The notes beneath the pieces were generated by a model. That model was not told the DNA's origin. It ran no database searches and was given only the letters and a program-made list of their open reading frames with translations. From Chromera velia (taxonomy: Eukaryota): 46,153 bases of DNA. Positions 13,399-25,919 of the stretch are shown in pieces. A program made the translations under genes and the position numbers. The DNA lies in contig JAHBMJ010000522.1 of assembly GCA_018398765.1 (NCBI GenBank), positions 1 to 46,153 on the forward strand. Direction: 5' to 3'. Numbering within the stretch: position 1 is the first letter of the stretch; each line of letters starts with the position of its first letter.

Positions 13399-15909
13399 TT
13401 GCTTTGGCCTTCTGTTCTGCTGAGTCAGCGGAGAAAGTTCCACGCCACTGGTCAGACTGGCTGACTGACTCGCGTACAGACTGCCTGTACCTCTGACAGA
13501 CTAACCCAATGAGTGCAAGGGACAATTCAGCGTCTTTATATACAGAATATATACAGAAAAAAGAATATATACAGAAAGCAAAAACTCACTGAGTGCAAGG
13601 GGCAATTCAGCGTCCTTATATACAGAATATATACAGAAAAAAGAAAAAAGAATATATACAGAAAGCAAAAACTCACTGAGTGCAAGGGACAATTCAGCGT
13701 CCTTATATACAGAATATATACAGAAAAAAGAAAAAAGAATATATACAGAAAGCAAAAACTCACTAAGTGCAAGGGACAATTCAGCGTCCTTGTATACAGA
13801 ATATATACAGAAAAAAGAAAAAAGAATATATACAGAAAGGAAGAACTCACTGAGTGCAAGGGACAATTCAGCGTCCAGCATCTGGAATGTGACGCCGGGT
13901 CTGTCCTTCTCGAGTCCCGTGCTCACTGCCTTCTTCTTCGGTTTGCTCTTCTTTGCCAGAATATTCCAGATGCGGTAGTACTGGGGCTGCGTTGCCCCAG
14001 GCGCAACTTTTCTTAGCAACAACACGAACGCCTCCTGCAAAGAAAGGAGCAATTAATTGAGGTACAAAAACCAGAAAACGAAGAATGCCACGTGGAAGGA
14101 GAAAACTTTTTAGCGCGCTTCTCGTCATAAGCATGCCAAGGGAGAAGGTAGCCAACACGACTTCTCTGTTTTGACACATGTACGCACCCCCCCACCCTCT
14201 CACCGACTCACCCTGGAGAATTTTTCAGACATTTCCACAGAAAAGTCTCTGAGTGCGTTCTCTAGATGGAGGGACAGAGATCCTCCGAGATAGCCAGAGC
14301 TGGATCGCAACTGCTTTCGAATTGCACCCAGAGCGATGGTGTCTGCATGCATGCCGGCAACGCAACAGAAGAGGTCAGATCAGAGGGAAAAGATAAGCTT
14401 GCGCCGAGTATGATAGAAACCAGAAGGAAGAAAAGACGTGAAGAAGATGTGGACAATTAGACGGCTTCATCCCGTCTGCCTCATCAAAAGGAGATCCTTG
14501 CGTCTCCCAATCAGGACCTATCCAACAAAAGGTGAAGCATCAACACAGTCAGAGTTACTGCGATTTCTGTAGATGTCCGTCTGTCTGCGGGCCTGTCCAT
14601 CTGTCTGTCTGCCGGCTGCCCCTATCTATCTTTCCTTCTGCCTACTTGCCTGCCTCTCTCTCTCTCTCTCCCTCCCTCTCTCTGACTTTCTTTCTCGTTG
14701 TCTGTCTCTCTCTGTCTGTCTCTGAATCCATCCGTCAGTTTATCTCTTATTTACCTGACCTTTTTGCAATGCAGCAAAGAAGACGCCCTTCGTCTTTGAC
14801 CCCTTCAGCTGTGAAGCCTCTGGGTCCGATCGAGACGCAGCTGCATGCAGTCATTGACTCACTCTTTTCGTTCACTCACTCACTCCCTTAGTTGGTCAGT
14901 AAGTCGGTCAGAGAGCCAGAGCATCTGATTCACTCACAAAGTTGCATACCTCAGAACCTACTCACAGACGCAAACATCCCGGTCCTGTTTCTTTTCTTTT
15001 CTTATCTTTTGAGTCTAACCCTCCTTTTTGCGTCCTGCAAGAACCATCCGGCCGTACGCGAGAGCTCCCTTAGCGCACACCCGCATTTCCACACACCCAC
15101 TCACTCACCAAGTTTGGCGGCCAGTGTCTGTCGTCTCTCTGCGATCGGGACGTACAGGGAGAAGGGAGAAAGAGCGAGAGGCACAAGTGAGACCTTTCCA
15201 ATGTGAGAGAAAGAAGGTGGGAGAACGAAGGGGACAGAGAGACGAGAAGACAGAAACCAGACAAAGAGAAAGTCGAGAGAGGGAGAAGAATATAAAGCGA
15301 CTGCGATGGCCAAGCGATGCAATGAGAAAGTCGGGCAAGAAATGAGAAAGAGAAGAAAGAAGCATCCCTCCCTCCCAGCAGAAAGAAGACAGAACGAGAC
15401 AGCAACATCAATCAATTCTTGCTAGCGATGTTGGAAGCAATGGATTAGGGGGAGAGTGAGAAAATTAGTCATAGAGACTACGGTAAGAAAGACCCAACAC
15501 ACAGACAGACCATAAAGAAGAGTGCGGAAGTAGCCGATGCGGACTCTTTCTCCATGCGCCTGCGGGCAATGATTCGATTAGAAGGAATTGAAAACAGAAT
15601 ACACATCGCAAAAACTTGTCTAGAAGTTTTGCGCTCCCTCTGCTTTCGGCCAGTCCTTCTCTCTAGAGGTTGCATGCATGTGTGTATGAATTCTCCCAGA
15701 AGATGCCGTAGTCAGCGTCTCAATTTACATTCGCCGTCATCCTTTTTTTTAAATCAAAACATCGACGGCTCGATGAGGCTTCGACGTAAGCTGCTTCTCA
15801 ACACAAAGCGGAAAGATAGACCGACAGATAGACAGACAAAAAAAAAAAGACAAGAAGACCGACTGACTGGCTGACTGACCGACTGATTGACTGACTGACA
15901 TACTGACTC

Positions 15910-15951
<42 letters not shown>

Positions 15952-16319
15952 TGACTAACTGACTAACTGACTGACTGACTGACTGACTGACTGACTGACT
16001 AACTGACTAACTGACTGACTGACTGACTGACTGACTGACTGACAAACTGACTGACTGACTGACTGACTGACAAACTGACAGACTAACATTGGACTTGTTC
16101 CTCCCTCCCCCCACTCTATGTCTCCCTCCTCCCTTTGAAGAAGGCGATGGGACAAACTCGCCCAGAGGGCCCTCTCGGTCGACTTCGCCTGCCTGCTGCA
16201 TTTCCCGGGAAGCAGCCAGCGCGGAAAGCTGCATTCAAGAAAATGAACGAATGAACGAATAAATGAATGAATGGAGGAATAGGAAGAGGAAACAAAGACT
16301 CCTCCAATGCCCCCCCCCC

Positions 16320-16369
<50 letters not shown>

Positions 16370-17195
16370 CGGGTTCTTTGTCTCACTGACCTTATCAATT
16401 GCTTCCTCCTCAGCAGTCTTTTCGTAGTCCCCAGCTGCTCTCAGGGAATCGAAAATGAAGAAACGGAAAATGAAGATAGAAGTTCCAAGCAGAAAAAAGG
16501 GAATGTAGGAACAGGAAGAGGGGAGGCAGGAAGGCGGGGCATGCAGAAATGGTTGAGTGCAATGCTTACAAGGATCCGTTCAGCTGGTCGCACGGCCTCC
16601 AGCAGAATCACAACATGTCGAGAGAGGTATGGACACAGATCATGTCGGTGTGCGCATATGTGGGGACGCTGATATGGTAGGTTGACTGGGGGGCAGGAAG
16701 GCACTTAGAAAAACACACTGACTGACTGACTGACTGACTGACTGACTGACAGATCATCGCTGCCACTTTGGCTTCATCGTCTCCCAAAAGTCTCAGGGCT
16801 GCCGGCCCGACCTCCACAGACATTCTCCTGTTCCTTCCGGGGAGCTTCTCTTTCTTCGGAGAGCTCCCACCTGGATGAAGCAATTCAATGCACACATGCA
16901 AGGAGAGAGTGTGAGAAGATGTGCAGTGTGTTTCTGTCTCGAACAGAAGACAAAAAGACGAGAAGACAGACATACTATGTGACTGACGGACAGACTATAT
17001 CGTTTTTTCTTTCCCTTTTTCTCCTTCTTCATTCTCTTCTGTTTCTTTCTTTCTTCCTTCTTTTGGTGCGCTCTCTCAGTGACAGACAGACAGTCAGACA
17101 GTAAGACAGTCAGACACACACACTCAGACACAGGTAGGCAAACTGGACAACTGACGGCCAGACCAATTGATAGAAAGACAAATACAGACTTTCAG

Positions 17196-17235
<40 letters not shown>

Positions 17236-18231
17236 CCAAGCACACACACAGACACTGTCGCAGTCCGAAAAGGAGAGGTACACATATGATTCACCTGGAG
17301 AGAGAGCGCCCTTTCTGAGGGTGCTGGCTGCAGAGGCAGAGTTGGGCAAGAGGGCTCCCCCCGCTCTGCTTTTGCGTCGAGTGCGCAATGCTGACGAAGA
17401 CATCGGAGCGATTCGTCCCCCTTCTTCTGTTCCCGTCAGGTTGAGGGGAGAGGGGAGGATTGAGGGGTCGCTGACTGAGGCCCTTCTTGCTGGAAGTCGA
17501 GGCTTCTCCTTCTCGACAGGGGAGGGGAGGTCCCCCTCCCTCATTGTAGGGGGGGTCACCACACGCTCATGGCTGGGGGGGGACACTGCAAGACAAAAGA
17601 AGAAGCGAGCAACTACACAGAACATTGGGGTCATGTCTATGCAAGAAACAAAGATTGTCATGAAAGAGAAAGGACCCTGTTCCGGGAAACGGGGAGCGGG
17701 AACCCCTCCACTCTGATCCCTTTGCGTGCAGCTCTACTCGGTGGTATGCTAGGTTTCCTTCTATCCTTGCGGCTTGTTGTCTGCCTCGTTGCGCTTTGTA
17801 TGCAGGCCTAGTTCCTCACATGCTTCTCATGCCATGGCCCTGCGGCTCTCTCTGGGGCACTTGCAGTGTGTGCCTTCCTTCGACTGAACCTCTGGTGTTA
17901 CCTCTGCTCGTGAACAATTAATTGCATACACTCACTCTTTACCCGTCTACCGGCTGTTTGCCTGTCAGATAGCTCTCTGAATAGACCCCAAAAGCACAAC
18001 CGAGCACCTCGGTAAGAGGGCTGACGTGCGTACACGACAGGCAGGCATCAGGTAGCATTCCTCTTGTATGTTAGGATGTGACTGACCTGCGTGTTTGAAA
18101 CTTGGAGAGGTGGGAGATTTCATGAGGGAGGGAAGGCGCACCTTCCCACTGCTTGAAGGGAGGTGGGTGGTCTGGTCCCCTGATGCCACAGAGGGTGAGA
18201 GGTCATCGGATACCAGGGTCTCAGACAGCAT
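3619..18231 (-). CDS. Multi-exon (~25 exons) protein with several canonical and degenerate EF-hands
   Basis: Phase-compatible GT-AG exons, e.g. 18231-18087, 17585-17295, 16870-16751, 16434-16391, 16228-16088, ~14034-13851, 12417-12409, 8971-8903 ([15 protein letters not shown], canonical EF loop), last exon 3731-3619. Other loops: [58 protein letters not shown]. Exons at ~4200-6170 and both termini are tentative. Confidence 0.7.
4523..6045. repeat. Tandem near-identical duplication (offset 826 bp), probably an assembly artefact
   Basis: ~4636-5219 recurs at ~5462-6045; the second copy is bracketed by single Ns at 5348 and 6046. Confidence 0.8.
5164..5347. repeat. 54-bp minisatellite containing (GACT)n, ~3 copies
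   Basis: gtttgtctctttgctgactgac... recurs at 5201, 5255 and 5309. Confidence 0.9.
8223..8310. mobile_element. Degenerate fold-back micro-insertion with flanking direct duplication
   Basis: ggtatcatgttcgtccatcataca (8223-8246) and ggtatcatattcgtctatgataca (8287-8310) flank catacagaaat...tgtatggaaagaaagtatgc. Confidence 0.4.
9603..9707. mobile_element. Fold-back micro-insertion (25-bp arms) with 16-bp flanking direct repeats
   Basis: Arms 9637-9661 and 9667-9691 are 24/25 complementary; ggggcagaga(t/c)cgtga at 9603-9618 and 9692-9707. Confidence 0.6.
10655..10788. mobile_element. Fold-back micro-insertion with perfect 27-bp flanking direct repeats
   Basis: cttctgtccatccgaaatcagagcatg at 10655-10681 and 10762-10788; arms tgcattcattttcatacagaa (10680-10700) and ttctctatgaaaacgaatgca (10739-10759), 19/21 complementary. 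Confidence 0.6.
13510..13875 (-). repeat. 87-bp tandem array duplicating an exon 3' end plus GTGAGT donor
   Basis: tgagtgcaagggacaattcagcgtc at 13510, 13590, 13677, 13764 and 13851 (periods 80, 87, 87, 87); the 13851 copy is the genuine exon end. Confidence 0.9.
15860..16086. repeat. (GACT)n / (GTCA)n microsatellite starting at a splice donor
   Basis: Directly visible tetranucleotide array. Confidence 0.95.
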
Positions 18232-18459
18232 TCGTGTGGAGGTGGGAGGAAGAGGACGAACCCGAACGATAGGCTCGAGGCAGACTGAGCCTCACTGACA
18301 ATTGGTTTCGGTTTTCTCAGACAGCTCGGGGATCGTAGAGCTCGAGAATGAGTCAATAGAAGAAAGCCATCAGGACTGAACGTTAACGTGCAGCAAAGCG
18401 ACTAGCTGGGGGGGAATGCTACCCCGGAATAGGTGCTTCTGAACTGAATGTGAGGGAGC

Positions 18460-18620
18460 TGGATGCATCTCCATGCATGCATGCATCCTTGAGCGCGCCG
18501 GGCCGGCAGCAGAACGGGGCGCCGGCCGGGGCGGCCCTGCAGCATGGATGCATGGGCGCCGGGGGTGCTTAAAAGTTAAAATCCCGGCCGCGCGGCCCGC
18601 GCGTCGGCGACCGGCCGCTC
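18460..18620. promoter_or_regulatory. Putative bidirectional promoter core (EF-hand / PARP-E2)
   Basis: TGCATGCA cluster plus GC-rich block between divergent starts; CCGCGCGGCCCGCGC at 18588-18602. Confidence 0.55.
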
Positions 18621-19051
18621 GCTCGGGCTCAACATAAATTGCCTGACCGACGGCAGAGCTTCTGGCAGACAAGTTGGCAGACAAAGTGGCAGATCATGGC
18701 AGATCCTCGACTCAGTCACTCGGCCAATTTCGGCCACTGCCCCCAAATTCTCCAAGAGAATTGTGTGGTCATCCATGCACTTCTACACGCATCCCGGAAT
18801 GATATCACTGTGTTTTGTTTCTGCTGCCAGACTGCGTCGAAACAAAATCTGTGTGTCAGTCTGGTTTGAGTGAGCGTGGCATCCGTCGCCTCCTTTCTCA
18901 CTCCAGTGAGACCAGGGTGCGGTGAAGTCGCCGCCTGTGCCTGTACGTCCATTTGTTCATCTGTGGGGTGCACAGTCAGATGCTCCAGAGATTTTAGCAA
19001 CCTGTTCTTATCTATCTACCTCTTGTGATTGGAACAAGCCACCCCGACAAG

Positions 19052-22000
19052 ATGGACTTCGCGTCCTTTCTCGCTTGGTGCGAACGAAGGCACATCCCTG
19101 TGACAAACCTCCTCTCCGACCGATTCTTCGAACCTCTCAAGACTCCCGGTCTTTCCAGATCCTCTGGTATTGTGAGGGCAGTGGAGAGGGCCAACGAGGA
19201 GGGAAGAAGACAATTCGCACAGAACCCCAAATGGAGACTGTAAGTCCGTCCTTTGTTGCCTCGCTCTTTGCATACAGGTCTCTGTATGTATATATGTCTT
19301 TCAAGTCTGAATCATGTGTGCATTTATGGACATTTGCAGATGAGTGGAGCCTTCCTTGGGCCTCGTTCAGATTGGTCTGTTGCCTTCCTACTTCAGTCGA
19401 GACACAGAAACATTCAAGAGGATTGGGGTCAACGTCAAAGAGGCCCTCAACATCGTTCTTTTGTTTTCGGAAACGGTCTGTCGGGAAGGGTCTCGAGCAC
19501 GGTCTTGAAGGGCCTCTTTGGTTTCTATCTTTCTCACGCAACACAATGCAGGCTAACTGACCTGTCCTTTCTGCCCTACCCTCTCCTTCTCGGTATCTTC
19601 GCTCCTCCCCATTTTCCTTCCCCTTTTCCGTTCTTCCATTCCCTTCTTCTCCCATCTTTTATTTCATCTGCCCTCCCTGACTGTGAATCACCTCCGAGAT
19701 CCACTTCATCCCGCTTTCCTTTCCTTTTTCCCCTCTCTTCCCTTCCCTTCCGTGCAGGCCATGAACGCCTTCGAGGTCCACGAAGCCCTGAGGGAAAACG
19801 TGAACGTGACAGTCTCGCAGGTCTCTGCAGACGCCGTTGGAGGCTTCGGGGGCGGGGGGGGGGCTGTGCATGGGGGGGCAGCGGCTGCTTCTTCCTCAGC
19901 GTCTGCTTCCTCTTCTTCTTCCTCTTCTTCTTCTTCTTCTTCCTCTTCCTCGCCCTCCTCTTCCTCAAGCGCGGCAGCAGGAGGGCCACCGCTGCGGAGG
20001 AGGTCAACGAGTGGGGACACTGGGAGAGGGGGGAGGCGGGAGAGTTTCGCCTGTACCTTCCTGCTGCCGAACTTGATTCAGAAAATCCTCGGGGAGCTCA
20101 GAGATGAATTTGGAGGTTTGTCTCAGGGAGATGCCTTGGTTGGTATACTCCGTTCACACGGGAATGCGTGTCCTCACGGGAAATCCCGAAAGTCGTCTTG
20201 CCGATCATGCAAGGGTGAGAGAAGAGGAAGTGCTCCTGAGTGGGGTCCCGATCAAGAACGAGACAGAGAGGCTGTGTTTGTCAGTCTCTTCTATCGTCTC
20301 CACACCTTCATGTATTCATCCACAGAGAAATGTGTGATTTGCCTACGAAGCGCTCAGGGATTTCCTGGGGGTCGGTTAGTGCCTTGCAGAGACCCACACT
20401 GTGTCGCTCAGTTCTTTGAGCTCTTCGATTGCCTCACAGCCGAATTAGATCCCAAAAATCAAGAGCCCCCAAAGCCTTTTGGGTCCGTCACTCCTCAAGA
20501 AAGATCGAGAGCTGCGGATGCGGCCCGCACCCTCGTCGCCTTCCATCTGTCCCTCTTGGCCGCCGCTCTATCCACTGAGCAGTCCGTCTACCTTGATCCC
20601 TGGCCCCCCCACCTCCTGTTCAACCCTCCTGGCCGCGACGATGTGTTGATCTCTTCCTTTGATGAGATCAAGAAGATCAAGAAGGAGAGGGAGAAAAGAA
20701 GCGGAAGCGTAGCACACGATCCTGCCACATGGGCTGCCCAGACGATGAAAGCGGTGTATAGGTCGACTATGGGTGCCTTTGGGGGGTGGGGTGGGGTTCC
20801 GCCTCCTGCACCAGGTGTTCCGCCGCCGCCTGTGGGGGCCCTTGCGACTGCTCCTGCACAGAATTCGTCCATTTTCGGTGGGGGGATGGGTCCAGGAATG
20901 AATTGGAGTTTGTTTGGACATCCGGGGCAACAACCGAACGGTGTGTCTGGACAGCAGGGGCGATCGGAAGGTTCGCGTTTACAGGCTCAGGAGAAGAACA
21001 AAGATGGGGTCGGAATGGTCCGTCTCCTCCAGATTCTTCCTTCTGCAAGTCAACTGATGAACACTGCCAGGGGGGGAGGAGGGAATGAAGAGGGGGGAGA
21101 GGGGAGGCTCAGAGATTTCATGCAGTTGTTGGTGCGGTCGGCATTGGATGACCATGCACAGGAGATCGGGACAGAGGGAGGAGGGGTGAGTGCCTCGGCG
21201 TCGCATCACGTGAATGGGGTTGCACATCCGTATGCAGCCGTTGCAACCGTCCCCTCAGCCTTCCCTCAAGAGCTCCGGGGGGGGGGATCTTCGGCTTCAC
21301 GTGCGTGGAGTCTGCGCACAGGGCGAGCGATGGGGGATGACGACCTCTATAAGCTTGTGACGTTCGTGCTTGCGTCAAATCCTGTTACGCTCCGCCTTGT
21401 GGGGCCTGAAGAGACTGGGGGGAAGAGACTGCGGGGCATTCGGAACGACGTCGTTCAACTCTGCGTGAGCTCGAACGCGAAGGAACATGAGGGTAGGTTG
21501 GTGTATGCATTTATTCTCTGTATGAAATATCTGTACATGAGAATAAATGCATGCGAACGCGAAGGAACATGAGGGTTGGTTGGTGAGTCGGGAAGGATGG
21601 ACAGATAGATCTAGACAGACAGGGGAGGCGTTCCTGTCCTGTTGTTTGTTTTTCTTCTGTGCGACAGGAGAGAGAGAGAATTAGTTGACCGTTGGGATTG
21701 ATCACCCCCTCATCTTCATCATTCAAAATCGGGGTCGTTGTCGTTTGAAGTAAATGCTTTGATCGAGGTAGTGCTCCACCCTTTCAGTATCTCTCCTAGG
21801 CGCACTGTGGTCTCTTGGTCAGCTTGGAGATTGGAGATGAGACCGTCAGGAAGGAAGGAAGGATGGGTGCAGTGCGTGAAGCTTCCTTTTTGTGTGTGGT
21901 CTGTGTATGTTTGCGAATTTGCGATTCGTTTGATTTTCTTCATGGCCTCTCTGTCTGTCTGTCTCTCTTGTCTGCCTGCAGAAAGATTCCAGACTCTGAA

Positions 22001-23808
22001 ACAAAAGTGTGCAGCGAAACGCGGGGGGACCGGATCTTTCTTTGCTTTCCACGGGTCGTCTCTGAACAAATGGTGAGAGAGAGAGAGTGTCTGAATGCAT
22101 GCATGCATGTGCCTCTACTTCATTCAAGTTGCTCATGCGTGCGATGGTGAGTGCCCACGCATGCATTTGGGCGGGCGTCTGTGGGTCGGAAGGATAGACT
22201 TCCTTCCCTCACGAGCTCTCTCGCTGTTTTGTTCTTCGTCTGTCTTGAGAGGAGAGATGGCTATTCGATCTGACTGTCCTCATTTCTCTTGTGGTGTGAG
22301 TGGTCGTGAGTTGATCCTTTTGTCTGTCTACACGTTGTTTCCCTCTTTGCCTGTTTGTCTGTCTGTCGATTGCAGGTACTCCATTCTTCGCAACGGTCTC
22401 CGAGTACTGAGTAACTCCTCTATGATGACGGCAGGTCCGTCCGTCAGTTGGTTGGTCGGTTGGTTGGTTCGTCGGGTATGAGGGTTCCCCCTGTTTTTAA
22501 TTTTCGCCGTCTCTGTGTGTCTACTGGAGTCGGCCCAGTGAGTGCTCGGAGAGTTAGGGTTTTGATAGTCTTGTTTCTACACAGACAGACACAACTTTCA
22601 TCTCACACCTTCTCTCGCTCGTTTTCTCTCTTGTCTCTGGCTGCATGCAGGTGCTGCCCACGGAGAAGGCATCTACTGTGCGAGCCACGGGATGACCTCC
22701 ATGGCCTACTCCGTCAACCGCACGATGGGTGCCGTCGCTGCGAGCGGGGGTTCTGCGGCCTCACAGGGTCTCTACCCTCAGGTAGGTAGGTAGGTAGTTC
22801 AGGAGGTGCCTCTCGTGTGTGGACTGCAAAGGACGTTGGTGGTGTCATCGGTGGAAAGGATGAACGTTTCGTGCTTGTGAACAGGAAGGCAAATTGCTGC
22901 ACAGTTAGGTAACAAGCGTCGGTGTTTTTGTTAAGGGTGGGCCAGCAGGTTGAAAATTGACCTTTTTTTTTTACTTTTGCTGGGATGTTTGGGTTTGTAT
23001 GCGTGCGTGCACTGCATGCAGGACGAGCTGGAGCTTCGTTCTGTTTTGGGGATCGTGGAGGTCCTCGACGATCCGTCGATGCTACAGAACAACCACATGG
23101 CAGGAGGCCAGAGCGGTATTACCGTGGTCAAGTGTGAACAAGCCATTTGCCTCAGGTGGGTGGGACCCGGTGGGTGTTTGGGTGAGTGGGTGGGTGGGTA
23201 GTTGCGAGAGTGTCTTTCGTGTCTGCGAGAGAGAGAGACAGTCACGCTGAAGAAGAATAAGGGAAGAAAAGGGGGTTCATCTTTTTTTTCGGTGCTTCCT
23301 GCTGCTTCTTTTCGCCTCTATCACGTCGTATCGCACCTTCACAGACATTCCTCAGTCAACCCACTAATGCAAGATTTACGGAATGCTCTCTGCAGAAAAC
23401 CTGTGAAAACTATTCGTATGACCTCCCACAAAGATTAATCCTTTCTCCTCAACCGGTGCGTGCATGCATGCATGCAGGTACCTCCTCGTCATGCCCGCCC
23501 ACGCTCCCGTCGAGGTGCAAGCGGAAGAAGACCCCGTGCCCGCCGTACTTGTAGGGCGAAGAGGGAGGAAGTCGAAGATGCCAACGCGACCCCGTCAACC
23601 TTCACACCAGAACCCATTCACAGGAAGTCCGTCCATCCGCCTGTCGCCCGGTTTACTTACGATTTTATTTCTTCATGGTGCCGCTCCGCTGACTTCCAAC
23701 TGAATGAAGTGCATGAGGAAGCTCTGCCTTCACCTCGCTCAATTTGTTCGTCACCAGCTTTCTCACTTGCCGTCTCGTCTCTTCTCTGCCCAAGATGTCC
23801 TTATCTAG

Positions 23809-23849
<41 letters not shown>

Positions 23850-25340
23850 TATGTGTGTATGTGTGTGTGTATGTGTGTATGTGTGTATGTCTGTATGTGT
23901 GTGTGTGTGTGTATGTGTGTGTGTGTGTGTGTGTGTACACATGTATGTGTATGTGTGTGTGTGTGTGTGTGTATGTGTGTGTGTGTGTATGTGTCTGTGT
24001 GTGTGTGTGTGCAGACGGGACGATCAACAGTCTCGGGGTCCCTGAGGCTCTGAAAGCCGTCAGTCGCTTTCTTTCTTTCTTTTCTTTCTTTCTTTCTTTC
24101 TCTGTTCTTCTCTCCAACCGCTTGCGTGCATGCATGGGCTTCCTCTGTCAGCTTCTCACTCTCTCCTTGAATGTGCTCTTTCTTTATTGCCTCTTCCTTT
24201 CCCGTCGACAGGTGCTGCAGCCACACGCAACTCTTCTGATGATACCTGTAGCCTGCCAGCCCCCCCGGCTGTTTGCCTGTATGTGTTTCTAGTTATGGGC
24301 GTAAAGATGCCGGACTCCCCTTCTCCTCCCTTTCTTCATTCATTCATTCATTCATCCATCCATTCATTCATTTATTTTTGCAGTTGATGGATGAAGAAGA
24401 AGTGCGAGGGACTCTCGCTGGGTGGTGTGACCAGTCGGCGAGCGCTTTGGACTTCGTTGACAGCTCTCGGGGATTGAAGGAATTTTGTCAGGATTTTGTT
24501 CCAGGCATGGGGGGAAGGGGGGACGATGAGGAGATCGAGATTTTGTCTCAGAGAGATGGACAGTTGAGAGACGGGGGAAAAGACGGGGATTGGTCGCAGT
24601 CTCTGATTGATAGAGACCGGCAGAGGGAGAGAGAAGGCTTGGGGGGGTTGCGGGATCGCTCGGCGAGTGTCCGTGTGGACGTTGACATGATCGACATCGA
24701 TGATGACGGAGACGTTGGGTGGGGAGTGGGTGAGGGGATGGTGGGGGATTCTTCCTTCCTTTCGGGCCCTGCTGCAGCAGCAGCGGCTGCCGCACCGACG
24801 GGCGTGAAGAGGAAGCGGAGGGAAGCGTCGAATGATGGGGGTGATGCGGGACTTGCGTCGTCTTCTTCGTCTTTCGGCAATCAGAGAGTGGGAGCGGCCG
24901 ATGATCAGGGGGTTGGGGGGGAGTCTTCGCCTGTGGTGATAGTTGACTCTGATGACGAGCTGCCGACTGTGGGAGGGGGGAACGAACCTCGGAGTCGTGA
25001 TGGGGTATCATCCAGGGGCAGAGAGCAGACGAAGAGAAGGAGGATAGATGGGGATGCAGCAGAGCCAGATGGGGAGGAAGAACTGATATATGGGGATAGA
25101 GGAGAGATTAGAGGGTCTTCCGGTCAGGGGCTGGGGGGGGGGTTCCCTGCGCCCTCTGCCTCGTCTTCTTCTTTCAATCTGCCTCCACAATTCGGTGGTA
25201 CGGGCCCTTCCACTCCGTCCGGACCCTCTTCCTCCTCCCACGCAGGCAGACAGCCCAACAAAGTCCCACCCAGAGTGCGTCACGGAGGTTCCCGAAGACC
25301 CACAGCCCTCCGCAGTCATGGACAAGCGGGGTCTTCCTCT

Positions 25341-25379
<39 letters not shown>

Positions 25380-25886
25380 AGTGGTGGTGGTGCGTCCGTT
25401 GGCCAGCAAGGAGCGTCCCTCTCAGGCAATCCTGCCAGCAGCTTTCCCCTTCCCGGTATTTCTTCTTTACTTCCCTCCCTTCCCACCCTCTTCTCTGGGG
25501 GTGTCGCGTCCTCTTCCTCCGCAGCTCCACCACCCAATTTGGTGCCCTCAGGAAACCGGCCGCCTCACCTCCCCATACAGCAGCAAGGAGGTCTGGGTCT
25601 AGGGTCATCGGCTGCGTTTCCCCCCGCTGCTGCTGCTGCTGCTGCTGCTGCTTCTGTACCCGGGATGGGTGGCACAGGAGGGGGTGGAATGTCGCAGGTG
25701 CAGCAGCAGCACCAGACAGACGGCAGCGCTGGTGCTTGGGGTATGTCACTGGAAGCCCCTCAGGGCAACCCGAGAACGATGCGGAGACTGGGGACAGAGT
25801 TCCAAAACTTTCAGAAGTCTCCGGCAAAAGACAGTCAGTCGAATGTGTAGAAGCAGAAAAAATTCACAGACAGACAGACAGACAAC

Positions 25887-25919
<33 letters not shown>

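Noticed and set aside
13510..13875. CRISPR-like repeat/spacer array
   Set aside because: The spacers are near-identical, the repeat is an exon end, the context is eukaryotic and there are no cas genes
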